DNA of 64,000 nt from Octopus vulgaris (taxonomy: Eukaryota): assembly GCA_951406725.2 (NCBI GenBank), contig OX597816.1:81034001-81098000 (forward strand), in the 5' to 3' direction. A program made the translations under genes and the position numbers. The notes under the pieces are model-generated. The model worked only from the letters and a program-made list of their open reading frames with translations. It made no database searches and was not told the DNA's origin. The first letter of the stretch is position 1. Every line of letters starts with the position of its first letter. Below are positions 1 through 13,750 of this stretch, piece after piece.

Positions 1-1406
1 AGGTTCAAATATCTTAATCTTGGCAATATATACATATGTGTATATATTTTTGTACGTGACTGTGCGTGTGTACATACATGCATACCCACATATGTACATT
101 CGTATGTATATATAAGTCTGTGTGCATTTTCGTACTAAATGATGTTTATTACAGAATTAAATGTGTGACCAATATTCGACATTTAACAATTAAATTACAG
201 ATCGGCAATGCACTTGAGCATACATACGGATAATTCTATGTGAGCGAATATATTTATACAGATGCCTTTATATAAATGAGTCACGGGCGACATCATTGGA
301 AAGGCCATAGTTGTCTAGTGAATGACTGACAATTCAATTTGTATAATTAATTACTTAATTAATTAAATTATATATCTATGTGTGGGTAAGTGAAGCTGTG
401 TGCGTGGCCTTTCTCAGGAGTTTTGATATATATATCTTGAGAGATATCATAGCATAAGAGAAGCGAAAGTATTTCAAACGGAACAGAAAAGTGGTCTGTG
501 ATGACAGTTCACCTTTGAACTATTATGATGCATGCTCTACATTGCCTTTTCTCTGGGCAATCCCTTTTAGAGAGAAAGGAATATTGAAAGAAAGATTGTG
601 TGTACGTGTAAAAATGTATGTGAGAATGTATGTCTGTATACTGTATTGGCAGTAGTATGCGGTGTTACAGATATATATAAATGTGACGGCAGAGTATACA
701 AAACTACACACCGTCAGAATCCCACAGTTGAGCGTGTATTTGGGTTTTTATTGTACCGTGGTTATTTGCAGAGATTGACAGTGGACTAAATCAACATCAA
801 TATGTGACATGGAAGGGAGAATGATTTGAACTAAGAACGTAAAAAACTTAAGCAAACGATGCAAGATATTTTGTCTGATGCTCTAACGATTCTAGCAAAT
901 CAACACCTACGCATCCTTCAGAGCTACTGCCATATAATTTGAACTTTATACTGAATTTTAAAAAAATACTACAATCAAATCGATTATCTTACTTTCACAT
1001 GAACTGCGACGTAATTTGCTACCATGACTCTCATCTAAAATCTTACAAAAAGAATAAACATTGAATAATGTAGTTCTCCATATATATATTAATACCAAGA
1101 AAAGAGTTTAACTAGTTTCCATGCTTTTGAACATAAGCCTGATGGGTCATGACTGTTTCTGGACAAAGCAACAATAAACATACAGCAATGACTAAGCGTC
1201 TATGCGATAGTTAGACATGGTCGAAATAGCAGCCCTATTCATTTCAGGTCGCAGTGTACCGTCTTAAAAATGGAAGAATACATTATCTGAATAAAGGACC
1301 TTTGTGAACACTTGTTACTAGTGTGTATTTCTTGCATTGCTCCTTTATCATACACATAAGTATAAAAAATAAATGTGTGTATATGTTTACATACACACAC
1401 ACACAC

Positions 1407-1461
<55 letters not shown>

Positions 1462-1470
1462 TTTATTTAT

Positions 1471-1674
1471 TACGAGAGGGTGCTGAAAAGTTTCTAGCTT
1501 TGGGTAAAAGAAAATACAGGAGGATCAGTTAATTATGGCTTATTCAACATATCCCCCTGTCACATTCATTTACTTATTGCAGTTCTTCAGTTTTTCTAAG
1601 CGCTGTAAAAGAAGTCGGGAAATTGGGTCTCCGACCAGGCCTTTCCCGATACCCTTAAGCTAGGAACTTTTCAG
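1471..1674 (+). mobile_element. Tc1/mariner-type MITE (non-autonomous), right TIR truncated
   Basis: Starts TA-CGAGAGGGTGCTGAAAAGTTTCTAGC and ends GCTAGGAACTTTTCAG (inverted match). A second copy lies at ~31120-31490 on the opposite strand. Confidence 0.7.
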
Positions 1675-2493
1675 TATATATACATATATGCAGATATGTA
1701 TATGTACATACATATATGCATATATATATATATATGTGTGTGTATGTGTGTGTGCGCGCGGGCGGGCATATGCATACGTATATAGCTATTTAATTTGATA
1801 CTAAATAGGATTCTTATTTTAAACATTAACATTTTAAAGAAGCCAGTTGCTCAAGTTTTGAAAATAAAAACCTACTGTAGGAAGCAACCATACAAAGTAT
1901 GTTACTTATGAACTGCTACAGTGATTTGACAGAGATTTTATAGCGTTGGATAGACTACCGAGATCAGTGTTGCATTTTGTCCTTCCGATTTCGATAAACA
2001 ATACCTACGCGGGTGGGAAATGTAAGAACGTCGTGTCCCAAGCCTACACGGATAACAGTCTTAATCCATTACCTGGTATAACACCATCACCGGGCCGTGT
2101 CTTCTAATTGAACATACTTTCCTTCCTGTCTCCCACCAGTATCAGAGACCCTGTGAATGATTATAGACACTACCTTCCCTACTGATTGTAAAAGAAATAC
2201 ACTGAATAAGCTACAGGATTGTCTCATCTGAAACATTTTCGATCGTGGCTGTGCTAGACCAGGTTTTTCCAGCGTCTACACAATAACTTGCTAATTTTTG
2301 CACAATGCTAGCAAGGTTTTTGTTTTTGTTTTGTTTCATTATTTTTAAAGGAAGAAGTTGATTACATCGACACCAGTACACAACTAGCACTTATTTTCTC
2401 AATCCCGAGAGGACGAGAGGCAAAAATCGTCTGAGAACGTCTGAGAGCCAAAACAAATGAGCTAAGCATTTTCTTCCACACGCTAACGATTCT

Positions 2494-2909
2494 TATTTCT
2501 TTATTGCCCACAGGGGGCTAACCATAGAGGGGACAAATAAGGACAGACAAACGAATTAAGTCGATTACATCGACCCCAGTGTGAAACTGGTACTTATTTA
2601 ATCGACCCCAAATGGATGAAAGGCAAAGTCGACCTCGGCGGAATTTGAACTCAGAACGTAGCGGCAGACGAAATACCTATTTCTTTACTACCCACAAGGG
2701 GCTAAACACAGAGGGGACAAAGAAGGACAGACAAACGGATTAAGTCGATTATATCGGCCCCAGTGCTTAACTGGTACTTATTTAATCGACCCCGAAAGGA
2801 TGAAAGGCAAAGTCGACCTCGGCGGAATTTGAACTCAGAACGTAGCGACAGACGAAATACTACTAAGCATTTCGCCCGGCGTGCTAACGTTTCTGCCAGC
2901 TCGCCGCCT
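2494..2909 (-). mobile_element. Young tRNA-derived SINE family A (Meta/MESC-like core), head-to-tail dimer
   Basis: A-box-like GAGCTGGCAGAA, B-box GAGTTCAAATTCC and core GTCGACTTTGCCTTTCATCCTTTCGGGGTCGAT..AAGTACCAG. A full copy (2909-2678) is followed by a headless second copy. Flanked by the direct repeat CTTCCACACGCTAACGATTCT (2473-2493 / 2908-2928). Core-domain name is from recall. Confidence 0.85.
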
Positions 2910-5900
2910 TCCACACGCTAACGATTCTGCCAGCTTGCCAACTTCGCGAGTAAGCAAAAAAAGGACCACCAACATCATCGAAAAGTATTTATTCAATTTA
3001 CCTCTAGCAGTCTCGTCATATCGTTATTTGAACCAAGAACTAAAAGCTACAAGCTCGAGACGAAATACCGCAAGACATTTTAATCATGAATTCTGCTGTA
3101 TATGCCAGCTCTATACCCTTACTTATTCTTACATATGATATTCCAGAAATATGTTTCAATGAACGCTTTATTTAATTTACTTTCTTTTTTCTCTCTGTAT
3201 ATCCTATTTATTTTTCTACTACGTCTTTCCTGTGTTTGTTTGGTTGTATTTATTTTTCATTGCATTTTTTTTTTATTCTATCTAATCATGATAAACTAAC
3301 TGCAGGAATGCAGAGGAAAAATTGATTTGACATTTTTACTAAAGAACACTTTAGTAACTAAATTTAGGCTGCTGAAGAGAAATAATTTATATCGTTGGTT
3401 TATTTATTTATTTATTCAGATGTTATTTCTTTTTATATATTTATTATATTATATTTATCTCATTTTTTTTTTACCTAAAAATCGATTTACAGTGAAGAGG
3501 ATTTAATGAAATTCTGAAAGATATTTTCGATTAAACTTATATAAAATAACCAAACTTAAATATGAAAATAGCGAAGAATGGTGATGATGATGATGATGAC
3601 GATGACGATGATGACGACGATGATGATGGAGATGTCGGGATAAAATGGTAATAATTGCAGATTAGAATATAGCGGAGGATTAAATATCTCACAGACGACT
3701 TCGTTTGGTTGATTTTTGTCAGATATGCATTTTTCCATCTGAAAGACAGAAGCTACTGCTAACTATGAAGACAACGACAACGATGATGACGATAATGTTT
3801 ATATGGATATTTTATTTAAATCCAATAATTTATACAAGTTCATTTTAACCTTTTCATAATAAGAGTCATTTTCCAAATAATTAGTTTCGAATTTATCATT
3901 TGTTAAACTCTAGCTGTATTGGATTCATCAACGATAGCGAAGAGCAAGAGAGAGTTCTGGTAAATATATTATAGCAAGAAAAACAATACCCAAAATTATA
4001 GTTGGGTATTGTTGAAGTATTTAACAACACAACTGCTACACTGAAGCTTCTGTTTCTATGTAAAATGTAAATTACAGATGCAAAGCTAAAGAAACATCCG
4101 TCACTTGAACAGTACTTCTGCTGCTTATTCTAACAACATGATGCCTAATTATCGAAGTAAAGTGAATAAGACCATTAATATCTTCTAGGCTGGAAATCAC
4201 AGAAGACAACATAAGCTTTTGTGACGTGTGTGTGTGTGTGTGTTTCTACAATTTCTTGATTTTGTTTCCGCCATATATACAGTTGGCGAATCGACCCTAG
4301 TATATGATTGTTAATTAATTCCTTAGTCCTATAAAAATCGGAAGCAGCTTGAATCCTTGTGAGACTTTCAATCAGACTGTTGAAGAGCAAAACGAAATCC
4401 TCAAAGAGCAGTATTTAATCCAACGAACTTATGCTTTTACCAAACCAATTCCTTCTATAATGTTTCAACTGACCCAGCTAAAGAAAATAATGTCAATGAC
4501 GAGTATTGAGGTGGTTGAAATATGCTAAACACATGGTTAAACTGAGAGTAGATATCGTATTTAAAAAAAGTTTGTTCAACACTTCAAATTGAAAATAACT
4601 AATCAAAACTGAATGAGGACAGGAAAAGAGAGAAGAAGGATAGAGTCAGATACAATTAGAATTTGTATTGTAAGCAGTTGAGACATTGTTATAACATTTA
4701 TCTTCACGTCAAGCCTGTTGGGAGAGAACAAGACATTGTAATACTTTTTTCTTCTTTCTGGGTAGAATTTAATCAAAACAAGAATTATATAAGGAGCTTA
4801 TGTATGTGTTTCGGGGATTATGCTTCACTCAGCTCTCGGGAGAGAACAAGTCGTATACTGATTATCAGTTGATTCTGTTGAAGGGAAATGTTAATTTAAC
4901 TAAAATGATAAACCGATAGGAATTGGAACTTTTCGAGACTGCATTGCATATTCTCTCATTTTCTTGTTGCATCTTGCTTCTTTTTTACTTTATTTTAAAA
5001 ATATGTTAGAAGTGTTGTTCTTGTCTTTGTTTTTGCTGTAGTTGTTTAACCCTTCTGGACAGCACCAATCCAGAAAATTTAGGATAAAAAGTATTTTCAA
5101 GCATAATCCTCGATAAACTTATATTATCTAATGTGTGTTTCATTTCTTTAAGACTATGTAATTTAAGGGACTCCGTCCTACTATTTCAAGTAAGTCGAGC
5201 AGCTAATAATAAACATGAAAATTTATTATGAGAGAGGTGATTTAGAGTTGAGAACACTTATCGAAATTACAATAATGTAAAAAGAAAATGTCAAATTCGA
5301 CAAAAGTTTAATTCAAAAGGTGCAGAGACGAAAGAGAATAGCTTTTGACAAAGTACAGAGTTGTGTATTTTGAGGGAAGAATCAATTGTATAATTGTGAC
5401 ATCCGTGAACTGCATGTAGTGTAAGATGTAAAATGGAATAACTCCAACCGGGAATTGAAATAGAGTTGCGTCTGGTAAAGCGTAGCTCACTGCAAACGAA
5501 TGAAACACTTGATCATCTTACAGTACTACGACTACCTACACTGATGCACATTACCAGCCTACTGCACTTATTTATATCCTGTAAAGAGATTTTGTCACAG
5601 ACACAACACACCTCCGGGGACAAGTTTTGAAAAGTTGAACTACTGGAGCACAGTTAATTGAAATATATACATCACTTTATAGGTGTAGTGGAAGAATTTA
5701 TATTTCAAGACATCTGCCCTTAAACTGCTGCCGTTTCTTCTCCTCAGGACGAAGTCTATTTTGTATAGTAATTTAGTAAGACGTAGAGGGGAAAAGATGA
5801 AATGCGATGGAAAATAACGCTACAATCCGACGCTTATTCTAAACCGAACCGTGTCGTTCAACTGTTATTATAACTGATTCGAAACCTGCTTCTTTGAAAC

Positions 5901-8571
5901 TTTCTGGCTTTATGCCCGCTTCATCCTAAATCTCTTGATACTCACGATTTCCCCACTTCTCATAAATTTTATAACTTCTGTTAAAGCAAGTGTGTGTTAG
6001 TGTGTTTTTTAAGTGTGTGCATTCATCTGTATAAACTCGAGGGTGTGTACTTGCATTTTGCCTAGAAAGGATAAACCTTGCACGAACGTGTGAATTCTAG
6101 ACATATAGTCAATCAAAGACATTGAAAGATGCGAACACACGCATGCTTGCGTGTTCAGATTTGCTTTAAATGGTCAATGTTTGTTTGTTTCTATTCCTAT
6201 TCATTTAATACTTGTTTTTATTACTGTTTAGGTAGCGACGAATAAATCTCAGGACATCAGCAAAGTTTAGAATAATAATGCAAATATCTTGAAGTGTTTA
6301 AACACGGATGATGTCTTAAGCTAACAGAATTCAGTTAATTTTGCTTCTTACGCTGATGCTTCATATATATTTATATTGATATTTGTGTTGTCATTGATGT
6401 TGTTAATCTTCTTATCAATATTCGAATTTCAAAGAAGTTTAATCAGTGGGGAGTTTAAACAGAAGAATTAACGAAACAGTATTAATTAGACCTGAAAATA
6501 TCATCAAATATAAAGGAGGAATTTTTAATCGAAAAAACCAACCCATTCTGACGATTCGTTAATAAACACTTCGGTAGTTTCACGGAAAAAAAATTCAATA
6601 GGAATTGAAATGCAATAAAAATAAAAAATATAAACTATCATATTCAAACCAAGCTGTCGTGTAAAAGCGTCATTCTGTTAACAATCATCATATATGTTAA
6701 TCTAACTTGAAAGAGATTCAACACTATAAAAATTAAATGTATTATAATAATCATGTAATCACGTGTCTAACCAAAGTTTCGTACCTCATCTCCTCTTCCG
6801 GGAAAATTATTTTATTCTTCCAAACTAAATTTAAATGCACTTTAGCTCGCAGTAGTCATTTCCCCTCCACGCCATTTTGAAATTGTTTTTCGATAATTAC
6901 AAGAAAATTTCATTTCAGAAAATTCGAACGCAAATGCAAAAAATAAACACAATCAGTGTCTAAAAAAGAATAAATAAATATATAAAGGACCATATAAAAG
7001 ATCACAAGATAGTCATTATTTCTAATTTGTTGTTATGATCGTCAAAATGGAAGAAATAAAGGCAAAAGCAAGTTCCCTTTTTAAGTAATCTCCTAAACAT
7101 TGGAAAACTGAAGCAAGTACCTAATGCAAAACAAATATTATTTCTGTCTATAATCTCTGTACACATCCTTGTCCATCGAACTATACGTGACTTCTCAGAA
7201 GAAGGGGGAAAATGGAAGTAACAAATGCCTCAATACAAGAGAATCTATAACGAAAAAAAATTGTAAGAACCGTAGGATTTTGCCACCGAAAATAAACATG
7301 TAATTACACAAGCGAACTCAGATATTATCGACTAAAGCACGAAATGTAATGGCTGTCTTTTTTCTTCAAGCACAATAAATCGTGGTCCGAACAGATCGGC
7401 TTAAATCCGTTATTTGTTATTTGATCGTTTATAAATCCATAACTCAAGGATAAATAACGAGTTGTAACTACAAATGGAGGATTTGCTTTACTATATTTTG
7501 TTTATAATTTTCTTCTTTTTTTTTATAATTTGAATTGATGTCGAAAGGATAAATACTTCAAACTACTGTATGATTATTTTACTAGAATGTCAATAATACT
7601 TAGACTAAAGCGTAAAAGAAAAAGAAATATCGAAGATTAACTCTAATAGGTAGATTTATGAGTAATAAATGCAAATGGTGAACAAATCTATTCAAACAAA
7701 TCGAATAGCAAACACGAATACATCAACGAAAAGTAAAGACAGAAAGAAATGCCTTGTAGAACTAAGAAATGCGAAGCAAAATTACAGTTACTTCCGGTTA
7801 ATATTTTCGTTTTATTTGATTTTATAGATTTCGTTTTCTTTTGTTGTTATTTTCATCTATTTTATCTCAGATATGTTGATGCTTTCTTCATTTAGATAAA
7901 CAGCGAAGAAGCTATAAAGTATTTAGGCGACCATATAGAAATGTTAATGAGTTTATTAACTTAAATCCGTTTATTCAATTTCGTACAGTGTTTCGTGAAC
8001 AAGCATACAATTTAAAGATTTATCCAAATCTAAAGCCGCTCGGAACATTAGCTATTCAATATGTGACTAACGGTAACCACCCGTCAGTACACTTTGTCAC
8101 ATCACACCGTCTCCAATGTACTTCACACAAAGAATTTTTTTAACGAAATAAACAAATATCAAAAAGTAAATTCTCAATTTAAATAATTTGATGAAAATAG
8201 AATTATACATTAAATTTCCTCTAAATTTTATTTCCGTAATTCAATTTTCAATTAATTGAATTTTATTTAAACAATATTAGAAATGTTATTCAATATATTT
8301 AAGCAATATTTTAAAACGTTATTCAATATATTTAAAGTGAGTTTGCAAATTGTGTTAACGATATTTATTCAATGCGGTTTTTTGATTTGTTTTTTTTTTT
8401 CTGAGTACAGTTTTAAATGTTTTATTAAAGAAATCGTATAAAATTGTAAGTGGTAAGTCTTTGGCTAGACAAATAATGACCCAGTTTTGATTCCAACTAA
8501 AATCCTGCTTAATTCGCTTACACTGCTAATTTGATGGTCACATTTTTCAATTCATTCACCAAAAATGTATG

Positions 8572-8606
<35 letters not shown>

Positions 8607-8649
8607 TGTGTGTGTATAGATACATACAAATAAATACATATATGCGTAT

Positions 8650-8828
8650 ATACATTATAAGTATGTGTATGCTTGCACGTGCGAACTCATGTAAATATAT
8701 GCATACAAATATTACATATATATGTATACACATACATACGTACGCACACATACACATGCACACACACACACACACACATCACACGAACACACACATATGG
8801 CTTCCGTGAATTTATAATGAAGTTCAAG
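8650..8828. repeat. Left arm of a ~177 bp inverted duplication (partner 10139-10313)
   Basis: Reverse complement matches 10139-10313 except for (CA)n length, and includes non-repetitive sequence (GCTTGCACGTGCGAACTC, GGCTTCCGTGAATTTATAATGAAGTTCAAG). Confidence 0.95.
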
Positions 8829-10138
8829 AGGTTAAATACCTTATTTAAAAGTACCTTGATTTTTAGCCGCTGAACGAGGAAACAGACTCACATCGTTCCA
8901 GTCCAAATCAACTTGTTTTTGTATATCAATGTTATCCTGCTGCTTTTCATATAATATCTCATGATATGGGAGGAATTTAGCAAGAATTCTCATAAGTAAA
9001 ACTATGCCTTGATGGCCTGTATCGACATAGAAACACTGGCACTCACACATACATATGACGGATTGGTCTCCGCCGTTCGACGATTAGAAATCAGTTGTTC
9101 CATCAACTAAAGTACCTCCTCCTGAATGAGTGTATGCGGTTAAATATTCCAAAGACATGCGCATCCTTAGCATAATTTTCAGGCAGAATCTTCGTCAAGC
9201 AGTACTACCAAAGCTGCACCTTTTGAATTACGAGTGCAATCCACCCAGGCCTCTACACACTTTCTCTCGGGTCGACCCGAAGCTAAAAGAAATGAAGTTT
9301 GCCCCAGCTGTCATGCACTGGCATTGAACTTCTTAACTATTCGGCCATGCTGTGCGTACTGTACGTAGTTATACGCGTGTGCACACACATGTACTACACA
9401 CATACAAATACGCACAACAATATACACTACACACATTGATAGTGATAATTTATAAAACAAAAGAACACAACTTTGTAAGAATGTACTTTTATTGCTCCAT
9501 TCGACAACTCACGCAAATAATACATGAAAATTATTCTAAGCCACAAGATTTTTGAAACATTCATATTGTTGACATATTTTCAACAACCAATTTATATCAA
9601 ACTGACAGTAATGTAAATTGTCATTTGACAATCATTTTCTATGTACATTAGGTGAATTTTCATTGGAATAAACTACATATTTTAGATAAAATTATCATCA
9701 GGTATACGTCTACGATACGAGTAACTATGTCAGAATAGACAATAACGTTTAATCATCATATACGAAGCGCTTGACTTTTTAGTAAAGCTAATCACATCAT
9801 CATTGTGTTTTAAAGAAAGTGGTGAGAAAGAAATATCTTTGCATATTTTGAATTAGGAAAAAAAAGCATTACCTTAATTTTTCAACCAAACAATCAACTA
9901 TTTTGCACACAGATAAAAAAAAATTAGATCCATAAAATTAATCATATTGTATGAGAGTACTTTTTCAACGAGGTATTACAGCCTTAGGATATTTGCAAAG
10001 ATCTAATTTCATGACCTCTTCATATTTAAAAGTTGTACATATTGCAATCTTCTTATATTGTGTTCAGCGATGAACAAAAAGATAGCGATACGTATCGAGT
10101 TGAGAAAAATCTTTGACATATATTGCATCTGGATATCA

Positions 10139-10313
10139 CTTGAACTTCATTATAAATTCACGGAAGCCATATGTGTGTGTTCGTGTGATGTGTGTGTGTG
10201 TGTGCATGTGTATGTGTGCGTACGTATGTATGTGTATACATATATATGTAATATTTGTATGCATATATTTACATGAGTTCGCACGTGCAAGCATACACAT
10301 ACTTATAATGTAT
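10139..10313. repeat. Right arm of the inverted duplication (partner 8650-8828)
   Basis: CTTGAACTTCATTATAAATTCACGGAAGCC...GAGTTCGCACGTGCAAGC. ORFs 8518..8775(-) and 10113..10400(+) share the same peptide. Confidence 0.95.
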
Positions 10314-10318
10314 GTAAG

Positions 10319-10349
<31 letters not shown>

Positions 10350-10400
10350 TGTGTGTGTGTGTATAGATACATACAAATACATACATATATACGTATATAG

Positions 10401-10469
<69 letters not shown>

Positions 10470-10659
10470 CATGTATGTATCTATGTTGTATTATGTGGTA
10501 TGTATATTCTATTTTATTAAAGCCGAAAAATTTCACGAACTGTTACTCAGAGTAATTTTGACTTTAATAATATAATATTTTACTCTGTCTTTAGTATTTG
10601 AGTACTATTTTCTTCCACTTTGTTTGGCACATGTGCTTATTTGTGTGAGTAAATAAATA

Positions 10660-10778
<119 letters not shown>

Positions 10779-13375
10779 GCATCTGATACGCTGTTCAATA
10801 GGGAAGAAAAAGCCAAGTTGAGCGAAACGTTTTTAAAAACAGTAGTAAAGAAGCAGTCAACGAGGTCTCTTGGACCCAGATGTGTTCCAATTCTCACTTC
10901 GTCATTGACAGAGTCGCTTTTTTTTTTTGTCAAAGGTAGCCATTTAAAACAATAAGTTCAATGTAATCAAACTCGTGACAAATGAGAGATGCTAATGATG
11001 AAGATTTCTGGTGACGATACCGTGGGCGGTGTTTTATGCATTGTGTGTGTGTATGTGTAGCGTGTGTGTGCGTAAATAAGGAGAAAATTAAAATGTAAAC
11101 TTCAAACAATTATTGAAGCTGCTTCGAGTTTCACGTTCCCTACTCCCGATGAAATTTAAAGAATGATGCAAGAAAAATATCCCTATGAATATTCAATATA
11201 AAAAAGACAAAATACAGAAATCTTTTTACAGTGTGTGTGTGTGTGTGTGTGTGTGTAAATGATAACTGTGCCATGGATGGTATTTTCTCACCTTATTCCA
11301 GTTATTTAAATGCGTAGTAATCTACCCGATTGAATCAAAATCTCCTTTCTTTATTGGTACTTAATGTATGGAACCCGGGAGGGAGAAGAATGGATCGTAA
11401 AATTCAATAAGAGACAAATTTGAACTCTTACTATAGGTGTATCTAAATGTTATAAGGCATTTTGTACTGTACTCTCATTTTGTTTTAGTGCTTCTTTCCT
11501 ATTTATTAATTCATTTTCTCTGCTTTTTTGTTTGAGGGAGTTTTCTGTGAGATTGGCGCTATGTTCAAAAAATAACGAAACATGTATTTGCTCTAGTGGC
11601 TATAATATCTTACATAAGAATTCAATATTTGTTACTTGACGATAAGATATCTTAGAATTTAAACGACGTAGGTTTCATATTAGCTGCCAACATTAATAAA
11701 GAAAATGTCTAATTTTCTATATATTCTGCATGACTATCCGAGAGGTTACATACTTTGGCTTGAAGTGAAATGATATAGTCAATACTTTCTAACAATATAT
11801 TTCCAAATTAGTTGAATGGAATGTAAAAATCTTGGATTTTAGCCGATAGTCTTTCACATACTTTTCTCTTAGCCTGAATTTGTTTGGCTTTCCGCATTAA
11901 CCTCTGTTCGACCCATCTGTTGAAAGACATAACATGGTCTACTAATTTTGCTTAAGGTAAGTCTAAAGCGCAGTTTTGCCAACAATAATTGTGTTTATGT
12001 TTAGTTTACAATTGTAGTTCTGGAATTTCAAATATAGCTTTTGGAGATGTTAGTAAATTCTCTGTGGACAAAACGATCAAGTAACATTTCAAAATATCGC
12101 AGTTTACGATAGGCACGAAAGTAACTTTTTATTGCTATCATCGAGAACGGCGAATAGTAGAATCAGTAGAATGATGGATTAAATGCCTTGTGGTATTTAA
12201 TTACCTTCATTTACGTTCTTTGTCTTTCATCTGTCGTGTCGATAAAATATGATCAGTCCTGTATTGGGGATAGTTAAATCGACAACACAAAAGTTATGAC
12301 CTTGTACCAGAAGTAGAAACCATTGCAAGTGAAGAGTGAGATTGGCAGAAACTACAGAATGACGGTTAATTGGTCTTATGTTATTTAGTTAGTTACGTAA
12401 CTAAGTTCAAATCTCGTTAAGTTGTTGTTGCGTTCCATCCACCGGGAATCGATAAAATAAGTATCATTCAAGTTGAAAGGATTAATTAGATTATATCTAT
12501 TACTCAAAACATTCAGCATTGTGATAATGTTTAAAATGTTCACTAACAATAGGATTCCCAGGGTACAACCAGACGCTCCTGTATCACTCTGGCATACTAT
12601 CTTTAGTATAATGGTTAAGTATCTATGTTAGAATAAATTATAATACTAAATTGAGAAAATGTATGCTATGCTTAGTAAAGATATTGCTTATGTTGCAAGC
12701 AAGTTCTGGCAGGGATTTCATGCGCTCGTTTAATTTCAAATCCAATTAACCAATAAATCTTGGCATTATTTTTCTGTTGCCATATTTTCATTGCGCTAAC
12801 CATCCACTTCAATTGTCTTTCAACTTTTTTCCAGGTGACGGTTTAATCGGAAGGAATCGAAATGTTTATGTATGCATATGTCTTCATTTCTATCATTGCT
12901 CTATCTCAGAAACTTTCTTAAATCATATTATGAGATCAATGAGAAGTCTTCTAAGGACATGTTGTTGTCAGATAATGCTTAGATGCGGATTTATATCACT
13001 TATTCTCACATTCAATTTGACTGTATTTTTACTACTGTTGTTATTGCTGACAGTAACATTCATTCTTTGAAAGCGATAAAAGTGAAGTACTATCGATTAT
13101 TCTCTCCCCCATAGGTTTGTAACCTCCTGCCTGATTTTGAAATCAATACTATTATGGACCCAGCTATCGGTTGAATCCATCATAAAGGGCAAGCAGTTTT
13201 CATATATGGTTGATCTACCGAAAGAGTGTGTGTAGGGCACGTTTGTAAGAATTAAGAACAGATGATTCAGTCTACGACCAAGGCCTCATTGAGATCCCCA
13301 AGTTGCACTTGAATAGAAAGGTGAGGGTGCAGGTGAGTTGCTTCCTCTGCTTCAATAAATCTATGAGAAAAAATG

Positions 13376-13750
13376 ACAGCTGGTGCAAATCCTGAGTATA
13401 CAGGTCTACTCTCATCATGCACCAGAGTTCAAATCCCACCAAGAACAACTTTGCCTTTGAGGAGGTCGATAAAATTCCAACCAAGTACTGGGGTCGATGT
13501 AATCGACTACCCCCCCTCCCACAAATTTCAGGCCTTCAGCCTCTAGTAGAAATAATAATAATAATAATAATAATAATTATTATTATTATTATTATTGTTG
13601 TTGTTGTTAAGGCGACACGTTGGCAGAAACGTTGGTATGCCGGATAAAATGGTTTGCCTTTCATCCTTCCGGATTCGATGAAATAGGTATCGGTCGATAT
13701 AGTCGACTTACTCAATCTCCGAAATTCCTGGCCTTGCGCCAAAATTTGGC
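13376..13750 (+). mobile_element. Two decayed SINE family A copies separated by (TAA)n(TTA)n
   Basis: GAGTTCAAATCCC, CTTTGCCTTT, GGGGTCGATGTAATCGAC and the CAAATTTCAGGCCTT tail. The second copy starts AAGGCGACACGTTGGCAGAAACGTT. Confidence 0.7.
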
